Virus record (IMG/VR): IMGVR_UViG_3300020577_009925
DNA: 64,000 nucleotides
From: an uncultured virus (IMG/VR IMGVR_UViG_3300020577_009925)
Taxonomy: Duplodnaviria > Heunggongvirae > Uroviricota > Caudoviricetes
Strand: one strand, 5' to 3'
Both the position numbers and the translations under genes were made by a program. Shown piece after piece: positions 9,798-20,154 of this stretch. Numbering within the stretch: the stretch's first letter is position 1; the number at the start of each line of letters is the position of its first letter. Under the pieces are notes generated by a model. It saw nothing but the letters and a program-made list of their open reading frames with translations, was not told the origin of the DNA and ran no database searches.

Positions 9798-10445
9798 TTA
9801 TAGGGCTCCCCAGTTGCCGACTAGATCAAGTGATTTGTAAACGCCCACACCATCAAGCCAGAACAACTGGCCAATTCTATCTGCTGTCAGCGGCAAGGTT
9901 GGACCAGAACCAGCGATGACTCCTGGTGGGAGCAGACCAGCGTTTGCGGCGCTAGCCAAAGGAATAGCAGCATCGGTACCAGTACTGCTGAACACAGTTC
10001 CGCCAGTTGGCGAAGGCGAGTATGAAAGATCGGCCGGATCGCGACTATTAAGCCCTGAACCAGATCCAAGCACCGCCCAATTACCAACCAGATCTAGTGC
10101 GTAATGAAGGCCTACACCATCAAGCCAGAACAGTTGTCCAATTCGAGCCGCTGTCGTAGGTAGAGTAGCTCCTGCGCCGGCGAGTAGGCCCGCTGGAAGA
10201 AGCCCAATCTCCGTGTTGGTGGCCGTAACTACCCAGCCGGTGTTGCCTGTACCTGTGGCCTTGCGCCATTCCAGTCCCGTTGACTGATCTAGGCATCTTG
10301 AACCCACAGGAGCAGTGACAACCGATTCTGGCGATGCAGTGCTAAGGAACTGCTTTAGCAGTGCAGAACCCGACTTGATCTCGTAGTACTGACCCGAGGA
10401 GTCAGTGGTGTGCGAAACCAAACCGAGTACGATGTTGCTGGACAT
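9798..10445 (-). CDS. Fibre-like virion protein with internal duplication
   Basis: SPESVVTAPVGS...KATGTGNTGW motif; duplicated RIGQLFWLDGVG...LDLVGNW segment. Confidence 0.5.
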   Translation of the reverse strand: MSSNIVLGLVSHTTDSSGQYYEIKSGSALLKQFLSTASPESVVTAPVGSRCLDQSTGLEWRKATGTGNTGWVVTATNTEIGLLPAGLLAGAGATLPTTAARIGQLFWLDGVGLHYALDLVGNWAVLGSGSGLNSRDPADLSYSPSPTGGTVFSSTGTDAAIPLASAANAGLLPPGVIAGSGPTLPLTADRIGQLFWLDGVGVYKSLDLVGNWGAL

Positions 10446-10474
10446 AGTGGGAAACCTAAAACCTAGGACAAAGG

Positions 10475-11293
10475 TTACACGCGAAGGACGTTGATCTCAT
10501 ACGTGCCAGCAGCGAAAGCCGCCGGTGTGGTGACAACAACAGTGTTGACACCGTTTCGCTGAACAGGCATCACAACAGTGTCGCCATTGGCCGTGTCAAC
10601 AATCTGAACAATCACCTTCTTGGAGTTCAGATTGTGAGTGACAGTGATTGTGCCGCCTGCGGTTCCAACTCCAAGGTCCGCGTTGTAACCTCGTGGCATT
10701 GTGGTGAGCAGGTACGCATTGGCAGCTGACAATAGACCGGCGGTTCCGTCAGTGGCGACAGCGGTGGAGTTAGCAACAGCTGCTGGAATGGTGAAGCCAG
10801 TTCCGTTGCTATTGGTAATCGGCTGAGTTGTCTGAGTAGCCGCGCCAAGTGCCAAGTTGCTTGGACTGTCGCTGTTGTCGAGCTTATGAAGGTTACCAGC
10901 GTTGTCCCGCAAGAGCCAGTCACCGACTTGCCAATCAGTAACCGCTCCGAGGTTGACCGTCGTGACGCTGGTGGTACCAGCTACGCTGACGCGAGCATAC
11001 TGGTTGTTGTTGATCGTCGGAGGAGCGCCAGTGGCGTCCCACGTACCGGCAATCGTCAACCCACCTACCGCTACTCGCTTGACCCAGCCAGTGATACCAG
11101 CACCGGTCTTGTCGTAGATATCGCCGTTTGCGAGGTCGATGTATTCGTTAAGACCAGCTACTGCAGTTATGACGTTTTCTGGTGTGCCAGATCCGGCATA
11201 ACGGGTGATGGTTGCACTGCCGACAGTAACGCTTTCATAAGCACCGGCGGCGATGACCTGATCTACAGGTCCGATAACTTTATTTTTAGCCAT
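10475..11293 (-). CDS. Fibre-like virion protein
   Basis: Thr/Gly/Ala-rich; GTWDA..P, DWQVGDW and C-terminal THNLN beta-sandwich motifs. Confidence 0.5.
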   Translation of the reverse strand: MAKNKVIGPVDQVIAAGAYESVTVGSATITRYAGSGTPENVITAVAGLNEYIDLANGDIYDKTGAGITGWVKRVAVGGLTIAGTWDATGAPPTINNNQYARVSVAGTTSVTTVNLGAVTDWQVGDWLLRDNAGNLHKLDNSDSPSNLALGAATQTTQPITNSNGTGFTIPAAVANSTAVATDGTAGLLSAANAYLLTTMPRGYNADLGVGTAGGTITVTHNLNSKKVIVQIVDTANGDTVVMPVQRNGVNTVVVTTPAAFAAGTYEINVLRV

Positions 11294-11309
11294 GATGTCT
11301 TCTTAGTGT

Positions 11310-12143
11310 CTAACCGAGAACGATTACCGAGCCAACGTCAGCTACGGCTAGAGGGCCGACGGTCAGCGTGTTTGAATCCACAATCTGAACCGGGACTGTA
11401 GTTCGCACGCCGCCGATCCAAACATCAACCAGTGGAGTTGTTGTTCCAAGGTTGTGAGAAACCGTCCACGTTGTAGCAGCAACCGCTTGGTTGTGGACAT
11501 AAGGAGTAGCGCCAGTTGTCGGACTCGAAGGGGCACCCGGACTGAGATACGGACCCGTTTCAATGCCGGATGCACCAATAGACTCGATGCAGTAGAAGCC
11601 AGCGAGGTTTGTCCCATCGTCTTCGGCCAGCAAATACCAGTAACGCTCACCCGAAGGCATGGCCGCTCCAATGGCATTCTTCTCAGCAGCGCTGTGCAGT
11701 GTAAACCGAATCTCTAACCCATCGGTCTTGACCCACTTAAGGCCTGTGTACACAAACTGGTTCTGATTGACGCTGTCGTATCCGCTGTCCCCCGCAGCTG
11801 CTGGAAGAGCATCCCAGGTACTGCCGTTGAACTTGTAAGGACCGATGGCGAAGGCTGTTGTTGTGGAGATGCTTCCGTTGCCAGCCTTGGTGTTGAACAC
11901 CGTTTGCCCAGTTGTTGGCGATGCCGGCTGATTGGCGGTGAAGTCTGCAGACCCAGCCCACACCAGCGAACTAGACTGGTTGGTCGACACCGGGACGATC
12001 TTCTCAAGAAATCGCTGTCGCGTCAGTCGGTGAGTTGGAGTTCCAAGGGTATCTAGCTGATTCCCGGCGAGGTTGATCGCTCCAGACTGAGGAAAGACAT
12101 CAGTTCCAACTGTGCCGTACGTTCGTGTGTCTATGAGTGTCAT
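11310..12143 (-). CDS. Fibre-like virion protein
   Basis: YKFNGSTW carbohydrate-binding-like motif; C-terminal YVHNQ...WTVSHNLG domain. Confidence 0.5.
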   Translation of the reverse strand: MTLIDTRTYGTVGTDVFPQSGAINLAGNQLDTLGTPTHRLTRQRFLEKIVPVSTNQSSSLVWAGSADFTANQPASPTTGQTVFNTKAGNGSISTTTAFAIGPYKFNGSTWDALPAAAGDSGYDSVNQNQFVYTGLKWVKTDGLEIRFTLHSAAEKNAIGAAMPSGERYWYLLAEDDGTNLAGFYCIESIGASGIETGPYLSPGAPSSPTTGATPYVHNQAVAATTWTVSHNLGTTTPLVDVWIGGVRTTVPVQIVDSNTLTVGPLAVADVGSVIVLG

Positions 12144-12205
12144 GACCCGCCTCTGTGATTGCTCGTAAATCTGATTAGGGTGAGCCTAATCTTTAAGCCT
12201 GCTAC

Positions 12206-12240
12206 AGCTAAAAAAAGAGGCCAGGCGTTAACCTGACCTC
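12206..12240 (-). terminator. Intrinsic terminator after tail tube gene, with TTTTTTTAGCT tail
   Basis: Stem gagg.cagg/cctg.cctc followed on the minus strand by T7 and AGCT. Confidence 0.7.
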
Positions 12241-12269
12241 ACAATCCCCCTACACCTTCAATCGGTGTA

Positions 12270-12749
12270 CTAGCCTTCTGTGTACGCCAGGCTTTCAAAG
12301 CTCAGCGTCACGTTGTTGTTGACCAAACCGTCCTGCGCACCAACGTTGAGAGCTAGCTGATTAGCTACAGCCAAGCCGCAAGTGAATCGCTGAGTTCCGA
12401 TGGCCTTACTGGCTTCGCAACCACTCTTAAGCTCGAACTGAAGCTGATTGGCTGCAGCATTGCAGACGTTGCCGTAGGTCGAATAGAACTGCTTCATCGA
12501 ACCATCGGGTGTCAGCACCTGCTGCAAGCTAGCGTTACCTTGAGGACGACCAGAAGCCAGGGCGACCTTGCTTCGGTTAAGTGAATAAATCCGGCTGACT
12601 TGCTGACCGTACTGCATTCCCAGCTGACTGATCAGGTACGGCACGTAAGCGGCGTTGCCTTGCAAGTTTGGAAAGGTCAATAGCGTGTCGTCGGTGCTAA
12701 ACCCACCGGCGAACTCCGCTAATCGGCGACCTAGGATGTCTGTGGCCAT
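12270..12749 (-). CDS. Putative tail tube protein
   Basis: 159 aa, beta-strand pattern, immediately downstream of the sheath gene, C-terminal VTLSFESL. Confidence 0.6.
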   Translation of the reverse strand: MATDILGRRLAEFAGGFSTDDTLLTFPNLQGNAAYVPYLISQLGMQYGQQVSRIYSLNRSKVALASGRPQGNASLQQVLTPDGSMKQFYSTYGNVCNAAANQLQFELKSGCEASKAIGTQRFTCGLAVANQLALNVGAQDGLVNNNVTLSFESLAYTEG

Positions 12750-12781
12750 GGATGACTCCAGTTAAATGTTGAGTTGGTGAA

Positions 12782-15538
12782 TTAGCGGACGGTGCAGTTG
12801 AACTTGATGGAATTGCCAGGACGACCTAGTACCAATTCGCCTTCAATCTCGAGTTCATCTGCTTGAAGAGCCGACGGCTGGATTGAAGTGATGATCAGGT
12901 CCACAATCAGGCCACCAAGTTCAGCGGTGTTGCCTTGGTTGCGGAGTGAATCGCGAACGCTGTTAAGGTCAGCGCGGAGCTGGCTCTTGAGCACCTCCAT
13001 GGCATCGCTGTCATCGCTGATGTTGATTCGACCTGCATAAGGACGAAGGCGATCGGCGATAGCAAACAATGCCACGTGACGAGCTGTAACCATCGACTCT
13101 TCGCGTTTGGCCAAAATCGTTGTGTCGCCAGTTGTTACACCGTGACGAACTTTCACCACCTGATCGAGCTGATCATAACTGATGATCATGCAGCCGCGAG
13201 CAGCCAGGATGTTCAGATCGTTGACAGTCAGAATTCCCAGTCCGCCTACAGCCGAAATGCCTGGAACAACTTGCGTTGAAAGTGGCGCTTGCGGAAGTAG
13301 GTTCGAGCGAAGACCGGCAACCATAGCTGCAGCGTAGTAACCAGGGAGTACCTGGCCACCAACAGTAATGTCAGGAGCTAGAACGAAACGAGTTGTGTCT
13401 GCTGCGTACGCTGCTGCTTGATCGCCATAGTGCTGCGAAAGCTCAGCGGCGTTGAAGACTCGGTGGATCTCCACTCGGCGTCCCACGGTTTCTTGGAACA
13501 GCTGCGAATCGACAATCACGGTCTTGGCCGATCGAACTTCAGTGATCTTGCGCTGCTGGTAAACCTCTTTGCCCCAGGCATCGATTTCGTAACCATAGCG
13601 AAGGTAGTCACCAACACGAATGCCTAGAGTCTGAAGATCAGCGTTGGTACCCAGAAGGCGAACCTGAGTCCACTGAGTTCCAGAAGCCAAGGCGTTGTCT
13701 TCACAAACAGCCAAAGCGATTTGTGAGTCCGAGGTCTTGGTGGCATCAAGAACTGCTGCTCCGTCTTCTCGAGCGCAAGACGCCCAAAGAACTCGGTAGG
13801 AGCTTCGTGACGGATCATTAGCGGTTGCGGTTGCTGCGGCGGCTGAGATAAGGATGTCCTTATCAGTTGTCAGCGGAACGTAGCTATAGACGGCCTGGCT
13901 TTGACCAGCACGCTCAAAAGCGTCTTCCCAGTTTTGCTTATCGCTAGGGTCGCCGATGATGTAGACAAACACACTCTCGCCGCCGCAAGTCAGCCGCGTC
14001 AACCTCGCAGCCTCCTTGAGCGGGTTGACCACGTCGGAAGGACCTGGCAGCGCATCGCCCAAATCGGTACGAGAGTTGATTTCAGTTACTGCGGTGCCTG
14101 ATGGATACCAGGCTCGGTAAGTGACATAAAGCTTCGAGTAGTCTGGGCGAACTGTGGATGCCCAAAGGCTGGCGTTGATCGGATTTCCAGCTAGCGTCAG
14201 GTCCGCAAATGTCATGACGACACTTGAAGACACTCGAATTTGAGTTGGCTCGGCAATGTAGTTGAACACGCCGACGCTTGTGCTCTCAGCGGAGATCTCG
14301 ACGCTCTTCTTACGATAGAACGTTAGGTTCAAAGCGGCACTGGCGTTGAGAGCCACGTTGTTTGGAAGCTCGTCAGCCAGGATCAGCGTTCGCTTGGTAC
14401 CCTCAGCCGAAGCGGTGACGGCAACCGTCCACTTGTCGCCTCGAACAAGACGATTGGCCGGAGCAAAGTTACCAGCAAGACCGAAACTGCCAAGGGTGAA
14501 GTCACCCAGGGAGGAGATTAGCTGAATGGCACCGCTGTCAGTTCCATCTTGACTGGAAACTCGAACTTGAGCTGTTCCCGAAGCAACGTCACCGCCGCGA
14601 GTAACCTCGACGATGTATGTTCGATTGGCGGTACCAGCATAGGTTCCAGAAACCACAAGGTTTCGAGCACTCACCGCCTGGGACATTGATACAGTCCAGG
14701 TTTGACCAGCAGTAAAAGTCGTCACAGCACCGTTGGCTGAGAATGTTACGGCACCACCGCGGGTTGTCAGCGCGAGAGCCGAGCCTAGCGCAACCGATGT
14801 TAGACTCGCATTGTTATCAGTATTTGAGGCGCTTGTAACAGAGAGTATGGCTACTCCCGGCGCTCCACCGACAACACAGCGGATGGTGTACGTTTCGTTT
14901 GGATAACCAGCGATGTCGCCGATGTATGCAGTTTCGTCAGCAGCGATGTTGAGCTGAGTAGCCAGAACAGCGTTCTCGCTATTGCTGGCTGCTTGTGCTG
15001 CAATGTTGCTGGCTGCTGCAACTGGAAGACCTGTAGTCGAAGCAATCAGGTCGCCAGAAGAACCAATGACATAGGTGAGTAGCTCAAACGGAGCCGAGGT
15101 CTGGTCAACGCCGGTGATATGCACAGCGTCACCCCTGGCCACTCCGCCGTCAATGAAGCTGGCCGTTCCAAACCCATTGGAGGCCACGATCTTTCCGGGG
15201 AGCCGAACGAGGTTTCGCTGGGACTGCAAAACCGCAGTTCCCGAGTTGTCTTGGAAGTAGCGAAAAAGACCACTGTCGACGTAAAGCTTAACGAAGCTCT
15301 TGTCGAGGATGTTGCCGCTGATAAGGTTAGGCCATGAGTAGACAGTTTCGCCTACAGCAGTGGGATCAAAGTTACCCAGCAAGCCCAGGTCTTTCTCGGC
15401 GGATTCCGAGTATCGAACAACCTGCGCCAAGGGGCCAAACAGCAGTGCACGCGTGCGTCGGGCGGTTGAAACTGGGCGACCCGCAAACCTTTGATTGATG
15501 ACAAGTTGTGGGGGTACTAGTGGAGTAACCATTCGCAA
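12782..15538 (-). CDS. Contractile tail sheath protein
   Basis: 918 aa; sheath-like C-terminus (GYYAAAMVAGLRS...LNILAARG...VRHGVTT...RPGNSIKF); upstream of the tube gene. Confidence 0.75.
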   Translation of the reverse strand: MRMVTPLVPPQLVINQRFAGRPVSTARRTRALLFGPLAQVVRYSESAEKDLGLLGNFDPTAVGETVYSWPNLISGNILDKSFVKLYVDSGLFRYFQDNSGTAVLQSQRNLVRLPGKIVASNGFGTASFIDGGVARGDAVHITGVDQTSAPFELLTYVIGSSGDLIASTTGLPVAAASNIAAQAASNSENAVLATQLNIAADETAYIGDIAGYPNETYTIRCVVGGAPGVAILSVTSASNTDNNASLTSVALGSALALTTRGGAVTFSANGAVTTFTAGQTWTVSMSQAVSARNLVVSGTYAGTANRTYIVEVTRGGDVASGTAQVRVSSQDGTDSGAIQLISSLGDFTLGSFGLAGNFAPANRLVRGDKWTVAVTASAEGTKRTLILADELPNNVALNASAALNLTFYRKKSVEISAESTSVGVFNYIAEPTQIRVSSSVVMTFADLTLAGNPINASLWASTVRPDYSKLYVTYRAWYPSGTAVTEINSRTDLGDALPGPSDVVNPLKEAARLTRLTCGGESVFVYIIGDPSDKQNWEDAFERAGQSQAVYSYVPLTTDKDILISAAAATATANDPSRSSYRVLWASCAREDGAAVLDATKTSDSQIALAVCEDNALASGTQWTQVRLLGTNADLQTLGIRVGDYLRYGYEIDAWGKEVYQQRKITEVRSAKTVIVDSQLFQETVGRRVEIHRVFNAAELSQHYGDQAAAYAADTTRFVLAPDITVGGQVLPGYYAAAMVAGLRSNLLPQAPLSTQVVPGISAVGGLGILTVNDLNILAARGCMIISYDQLDQVVKVRHGVTTGDTTILAKREESMVTARHVALFAIADRLRPYAGRINISDDSDAMEVLKSQLRADLNSVRDSLRNQGNTAELGGLIVDLIITSIQPSALQADELEIEGELVLGRPGNSIKFNCTVR

Positions 15539-15543
15539 CGCAC

Positions 15544-16239
15544 CTAGTTAGTATTGAACTTGATATTGAGGTATCGCAGCGGCATGCCGCCGGTAACGAT
15601 TTGAACTACGTCCGTGTACTGTAGGTCAGCCACAATCGGCACGGCAAAAAAGTTAGGAAATTCTCGAAGCCTTCCTACCTCCCCTGCTTGACTAACGTTG
15701 AGCACGTTGAGGTCGTACTCTTTGCGAATCACATGACTAAAGTGCGACAGCAGCTGCTCACATTCAGCTCCCAGGTGATCGGCCTGTCCGGCATCACGGC
15801 TCATGGCAAACGTGACGACGCTGAAGGCATAGGAGTGCAGAAATAGGTTTCCAGGAGCACGACGATTGACCGCAGGTGCCATCATCCGGCTATCGCCAAT
15901 GCCGAGCTTGTTCTTGGCTACGGCCCCACGGCGAATGAGTATCTTGGGCAAATCGGTAAGGTTGTCGCCTAAGTACTCGTCGAGCCTTCCGATTTCAACC
16001 ATGTCTGGAAAATCGGCCTCAGTTGGAACTGGCGTTGGCGGAACTTGCTGGTCCCCTTGAGGATCGACGTAGCGAAGGTGAGCCACCGACGGCATCCAGC
16101 GATGATCAGGACCTGGGGGAAGCGAGAAGTACTGCTTGAACAGCGACGACCAGACCGTTGGCATCTGAACGTATCGAACAGCGATTGGGCAGGCTGTCTG
16201 ATCTGGATCGGGAGTTGAATTAAGAACCTTTTCGGCCAT
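15544..16239 (-). CDS. Putative tail completion/terminator protein
   Basis: Position just upstream of the sheath; LPKILIRRG motif. Confidence 0.4.
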   Translation of the reverse strand: MAEKVLNSTPDPDQTACPIAVRYVQMPTVWSSLFKQYFSLPPGPDHRWMPSVAHLRYVDPQGDQQVPPTPVPTEADFPDMVEIGRLDEYLGDNLTDLPKILIRRGAVAKNKLGIGDSRMMAPAVNRRAPGNLFLHSYAFSVVTFAMSRDAGQADHLGAECEQLLSHFSHVIRKEYDLNVLNVSQAGEVGRLREFPNFFAVPIVADLQYTDVVQIVTGGMPLRYLNIKFNTN

Positions 16240-16438
16240 GTTGCCACCCGCCCATTCGCTCTAACGCTTCGTAAGGATTGGCTCCGTAATCAACGCCGTA
16301 CGTCGGAGTGATCGATAGCTCTTTGACTGGAGCTACAGATGCACCCGCAGACTTACAGCTTGGTTTTGCGACAGCGCTGTCTCGACGCTCTAGCTGAAGC
16401 TCAGGCCTTTGAAAGGACCAGTTCTTATTATCGCTCAT
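16220..16438 (-). CDS. Small hypothetical protein
   Basis: Overlaps both neighbours in operon fashion. Confidence 0.4.
   Translation of the reverse strand: MSDNKNWSFQRPELQLERRDSAVAKPSCKSAGASVAPVKELSITPTYGVDYGANPYEALERMGGWQHGRKGS
16370..16381 (-). repeat. Dispersed palindrome, copy 2 (in small CDS)
   Basis: gc-GACAGCGCTGTC-tcg. Confidence 0.95.
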
Positions 16439-17286
16439 CGAATAACCGGGTAGCTGTAAATGACGTGCTTGGTGTTAACTCGAGCTACAGGAGCACTGGC
16501 CATCAGCTCGACCGCTCCGAGTCTAACAGTGGTCGTCATTGGATTGCCAATCACCCATCGCTCATCAGTGTTGGCATCCACCCAAACATCGCCTGGAAAC
16601 ACCTGCGGGATGTGTAGCCAGGTAAAGCGATCGATCGGTCCATCCTGATTCCAGCCGGCCTCGAAAGTGAAGTTCTCTGAGACCTGAGTCTGAGAGCCTT
16701 CAACAAAGAAGCAATTGGTCACCTGCTGAAAACCATCAATGAATCCAGCATCGAAACAAGTCAGGCACTGGGAGCGAATCTTTTGACGACCGTCGCGATC
16801 AGTGCAGTCCGGGCAAAGCTGTCCCCAACGGCTCCGCTTGAGCAAATAGCCCTCCCGAAGCTCACCGGTCTTGCAACGCTCATACCAGCGGCGAACCGCC
16901 TCTAGGTATGGCGTTGTTAGCATCTTGGGAACTGTATCAAAAACGTGCTGAATGGGAGATGCAGTAATGTTACCTAAGGCATCTCGAACATTGATTCGGT
17001 AGTACAGCGTGTAGTTGGAACCCTGAACCAGCTGCTGCGGCACGGTGAAGCTGTTGGCTACTGCTGAAAACGGCATAATCTCGACCCACGACCCAGCTGC
17101 GGACCGTGAATACTCGATGTTGACCTCCAGCGGTGGTGTTAGATTTACCACGCTGGGCATCAACGTCAGATCCCAGGTAATAACTGTTCCAGCTCGCGTC
17201 AGCGGAGTGATCCGCATCACCTTTGACTTGCGAGCGTCGCAAGCGGCATCAGCTGCACATGAAGGCGTTGTAGGACAGTTGCTCAC
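16435..17286 (-). CDS. Putative head-tail connector/neck protein with Zn-finger
   Basis: CPDC...CLTCFDAGF motif; position between head and tail genes; GTG start at 17286 preferred over the overlapping 17340 start. Confidence 0.5.
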   Translation of the reverse strand: MSNCPTTPSCAADAACDARKSKVMRITPLTRAGTVITWDLTLMPSVVNLTPPLEVNIEYSRSAAGSWVEIMPFSAVANSFTVPQQLVQGSNYTLYYRINVRDALGNITASPIQHVFDTVPKMLTTPYLEAVRRWYERCKTGELREGYLLKRSRWGQLCPDCTDRDGRQKIRSQCLTCFDAGFIDGFQQVTNCFFVEGSQTQVSENFTFEAGWNQDGPIDRFTWLHIPQVFPGDVWVDANTDERWVIGNPMTTTVRLGAVELMASAPVARVNTKHVIYSYPVIR

Positions 17287-17287
17287 G

Positions 17288-18379
17288 TTACGCCCCTGGG
17301 ATTGGAATTGGATTAGACAGTGCACCTCGAAGTGCCTCACCAGCTAGTGCTGGAGCGTTCTCCACTGTTTCTTTTGCTACGGCTTTACCACTGGCTCCTA
17401 CGTGCTGTTTGTCGCCATACTTCTTGTCGTAGTAAGCCTTGAACCGCTTCCACTTCTTGGAACCCACAAGCTTCTTGAGCTGCTCCTGAACATCTCGGTC
17501 ATCGCTCTTTTGCCAGGCCTTACCGATTCTGGCTCCACCTACAACGCCCAAGGAACCGCCTAAGGCACTACCGCCCAGCGACAGAGCGATCGGAAGTCTT
17601 CGGGCTAGTACCCTGGATAGCGTTGAATCTGATCCTTCGAGTTTAGTGGCTAGAGCCAGGCCGCCTAGTGCTCCACCTACGCCACCAGCCAGTCCGCCCA
17701 AGGCACCGCCCCAGTATGTTCCCAAGGCTGATGGCTTGGAGTGCGTTCGCTCGTTAAGAACCTCAGCCACAAACTTGGGATCAGCCTTTGTCTTCTTAGC
17801 ACCGCTTATCAGCGCGTCTGTTCCCTTATTCCAGGCCGCGTGCTCCTTCCATAGCGAGGTAAACGGAGCAACTCGGTAGACATCGGCGGCCGTGTTTCGC
17901 AGTGCCCGTCCGATGTAATTCTGAGGAAGACGGTAGTCGTTGTAATCGATCGCGTGGCCAAGCTCGTGCATGCCAACAGAAAGGTTTGCCCACGGGTTGG
18001 TAACACGATCAGTCAGTGAGCTGTACAGCGGCTCAGTGTCGTAGCGATCAGCCTCGTATTTAGAGCCAGCTGCACCCGCCCAGGCCAGAGGTGTTCCGAT
18101 TAGGCCAAGGCGAGGGTTGCTCATCGCTCGGTCGTAGTTCTCGCTGACAGTAGAAAGTCCAGGGACGTAACTGGTGTTGTCCAGGCTTCCATTGGGAGCC
18201 CCGGCGCTCATGATCGCCAGAAGCTTCTTGACCTTGCGAATATCGGGCCTGCCTCGGTTGGGAATGTTAGAAAGCACCGTACCTTCAAACGTGTTGGCGC
18301 TCATCCGCTTATCGTTGACGGTCTGGTAGTTGGGCGACAACGAAGCCGCTAGCTTGCTAACTTTGGCTGGATCTAACAT
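17288..18379 (-). CDS. Zinc metallopeptidase-motif protein with glycine-zipper C-terminus
   Basis: HELGH zincin motif with downstream E (WKEHAAW); GGxxG-rich hydrophobic helices; N-terminal SKLAA. Confidence 0.55.
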   Translation of the reverse strand: MLDPAKVSKLAASLSPNYQTVNDKRMSANTFEGTVLSNIPNRGRPDIRKVKKLLAIMSAGAPNGSLDNTSYVPGLSTVSENYDRAMSNPRLGLIGTPLAWAGAAGSKYEADRYDTEPLYSSLTDRVTNPWANLSVGMHELGHAIDYNDYRLPQNYIGRALRNTAADVYRVAPFTSLWKEHAAWNKGTDALISGAKKTKADPKFVAEVLNERTHSKPSALGTYWGGALGGLAGGVGGALGGLALATKLEGSDSTLSRVLARRLPIALSLGGSALGGSLGVVGGARIGKAWQKSDDRDVQEQLKKLVGSKKWKRFKAYYDKKYGDKQHVGASGKAVAKETVENAPALAGEALRGALSNPIPIPGA

Positions 18380-18386
18380 GAGTGCC

Positions 18387-19643
18387 CTAGAACATTGAAC
18401 GGTAGCCGCGATACGCCGATTGCCCTGCTTTATCGGCCATGCAGAACTTCTTGTATTCTTCCCACAGCGTATTTCCTAGCTGAATGATTCGGAAGTACTT
18501 GTCGCGAGTGTCGTTGGTCAGACCTTGAGCCTGAATGGTCGACTGGTTTCGCATCATCCAGATTCCGGAGGTCACCAGCAGCTTGGCCACTGTGGCGTCA
18601 AGCCAGCGATTGCGATATGGGAAATTAGCTGTGTTGTAGTAAACGCTGTGCGGCGGAGTTTCGTTGTAGTACTCAATAGGCTCGAGCATTGCCGATACAA
18701 TCTCAGCCACTGAGAACTCATAGACCCCCAGCAGGTCGTTAGACTCAGGCCAGTCCCGCATCTTAGTGCGAATGCGACTAAGTGTCAGTGGCCCGTGAAC
18801 GTTGGTTACCAAGGCTCGGTTCAGTAGCGACTGTTCGACCGAAACAATCGATTGTTTCTGATAGGTAATTCCACCCTGGGTCCAAATGACCTCCATGTTG
18901 TAGATACTCGGGTTGACCAGCACCACGTCAGGCGGAACCAAAATGAGCTTACCCGAGCGAATCTGCATGCGACCGTAAACAACAGGTCGGTTACAAAACG
19001 GATTGTTGAACATCACCATTCGGTCAGGTAAACGCGTCAGGTCAACATTCGGATCGTTAGCAGGCGTAACGTCTGCTGGCCAGGTCGGAGCAGCGCCGCC
19101 TGGGAGCGTGAATTCAAGCGCGGAGTCGGAGTTAGCTGGAACAACATAGCCAGGCATCTGAGATCCACTGCCGCTGCAGATGTTGCCCTGCGATGCCTCA
19201 GGCTGAATGATTGATGTGACTGTTCCCAGCGGTCCACCTGGAGCACCTGGTCCACCAAAATCAGAGGTGAGTCCTACACCGCGACCAACAATTGGTGAAA
19301 GCCTGGGAAGTACCGACGTGCGGTTGTCCTGAGTCGTTGAGCTTATGTTAACAAAGCCGTGGTAGAGGATCGCCCCACCAACATCGAGAGTAGTGGACTG
19401 ACCACTGATTTGAACTACAAGCTCGCCACCAGGTCCAACAGTGATAACCCCGCCAGCGCTGACAACGATCACTTCAAAGTCGCCAACAAAGGCATCAGGG
19501 ACGGTAAACCGATAAGGCTGTCCTGCAGGGTCGGTAATGACGTACCCCGCTGGATCAGGAGTCCCAGTGGAACTCTCAAAGGGCATCAGGTAGACCCGAA
19601 CATCCCCGGCTAGTTTGTCTGAATTGATTACGACTGTTGACAT
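18387..19643 (-). CDS. Putative neck/head-tail adaptor protein
   Basis: Helical C-terminal domain (RIRTKMRD...NDLL...YYNETPP); gene position. Confidence 0.4.
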   Translation of the reverse strand: MSTVVINSDKLAGDVRVYLMPFESSTGTPDPAGYVITDPAGQPYRFTVPDAFVGDFEVIVVSAGGVITVGPGGELVVQISGQSTTLDVGGAILYHGFVNISSTTQDNRTSVLPRLSPIVGRGVGLTSDFGGPGAPGGPLGTVTSIIQPEASQGNICSGSGSQMPGYVVPANSDSALEFTLPGGAAPTWPADVTPANDPNVDLTRLPDRMVMFNNPFCNRPVVYGRMQIRSGKLILVPPDVVLVNPSIYNMEVIWTQGGITYQKQSIVSVEQSLLNRALVTNVHGPLTLSRIRTKMRDWPESNDLLGVYEFSVAEIVSAMLEPIEYYNETPPHSVYYNTANFPYRNRWLDATVAKLLVTSGIWMMRNQSTIQAQGLTNDTRDKYFRIIQLGNTLWEEYKKFCMADKAGQSAYRGYRSMF

Positions 19644-19677
19644 AAAGAAACTCCCGCCAGTCAGTCTAGCGGGAGTT
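19644..19677 (-). terminator. Hairpin / weak terminator
   Basis: aactcccgc...gcgggagtt stem followed by TTTCTTT on the minus strand. Confidence 0.45.
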
Positions 19678-19714
19678 CAAGAGCAATCGGTTTTTTGTCA
19701 GCGATATCGTGATC

Positions 19715-20143
19715 TTAGACCCAAAGGAAGCCTGAAGTTCCTCCGCCACCACCACCTCCTCCACCTTGAAATGGCAGAATTCGCGTTCCCTGAACAAAGT
19801 AGTTGTAGATAGCTGCTGGATCAGCTGGAGCCTCAACACGCGCCGAGGCGAACTTTGGAACAACCTTGCTGTCGTACGTCGCCTTGGCCAGCAATGTGAT
19901 GCTCTCACCTAGCTGGAATTCCTTGCCAACAACCGGAGTGATTCGGATGAGGTAAGTTCCTGCGGGAAGGGCAGCGGTGATCGTGACTGTGTAATCAGTA
20001 GTGACAGTCTGTAGCACACCGTCCCGGTGGAGTTTGACGTCAGATGCCAGTGGGGCCGAGTCCGGAGCAACGACGGTGCCCAACTGGGTGTCGATCGCTG
20101 CAAGAGTGTAGACCAGGTCTAAGTTAGTGAAGACTTGAAGCAC
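19715..20143 (-). CDS. Hypothetical Ig-like virion protein with poly-Gly tail
   Basis: Beta-rich sequence; G9 run near the C-terminus. Confidence 0.45.
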   Translation of the reverse strand: MLQVFTNLDLVYTLAAIDTQLGTVVAPDSAPLASDVKLHRDGVLQTVTTDYTVTITAALPAGTYLIRITPVVGKEFQLGESITLLAKATYDSKVVPKFASARVEAPADPAAIYNYFVQGTRILPFQGGGGGGGGGTSGFLWV

Positions 20144-20154
20144 GGTTAACCTCT

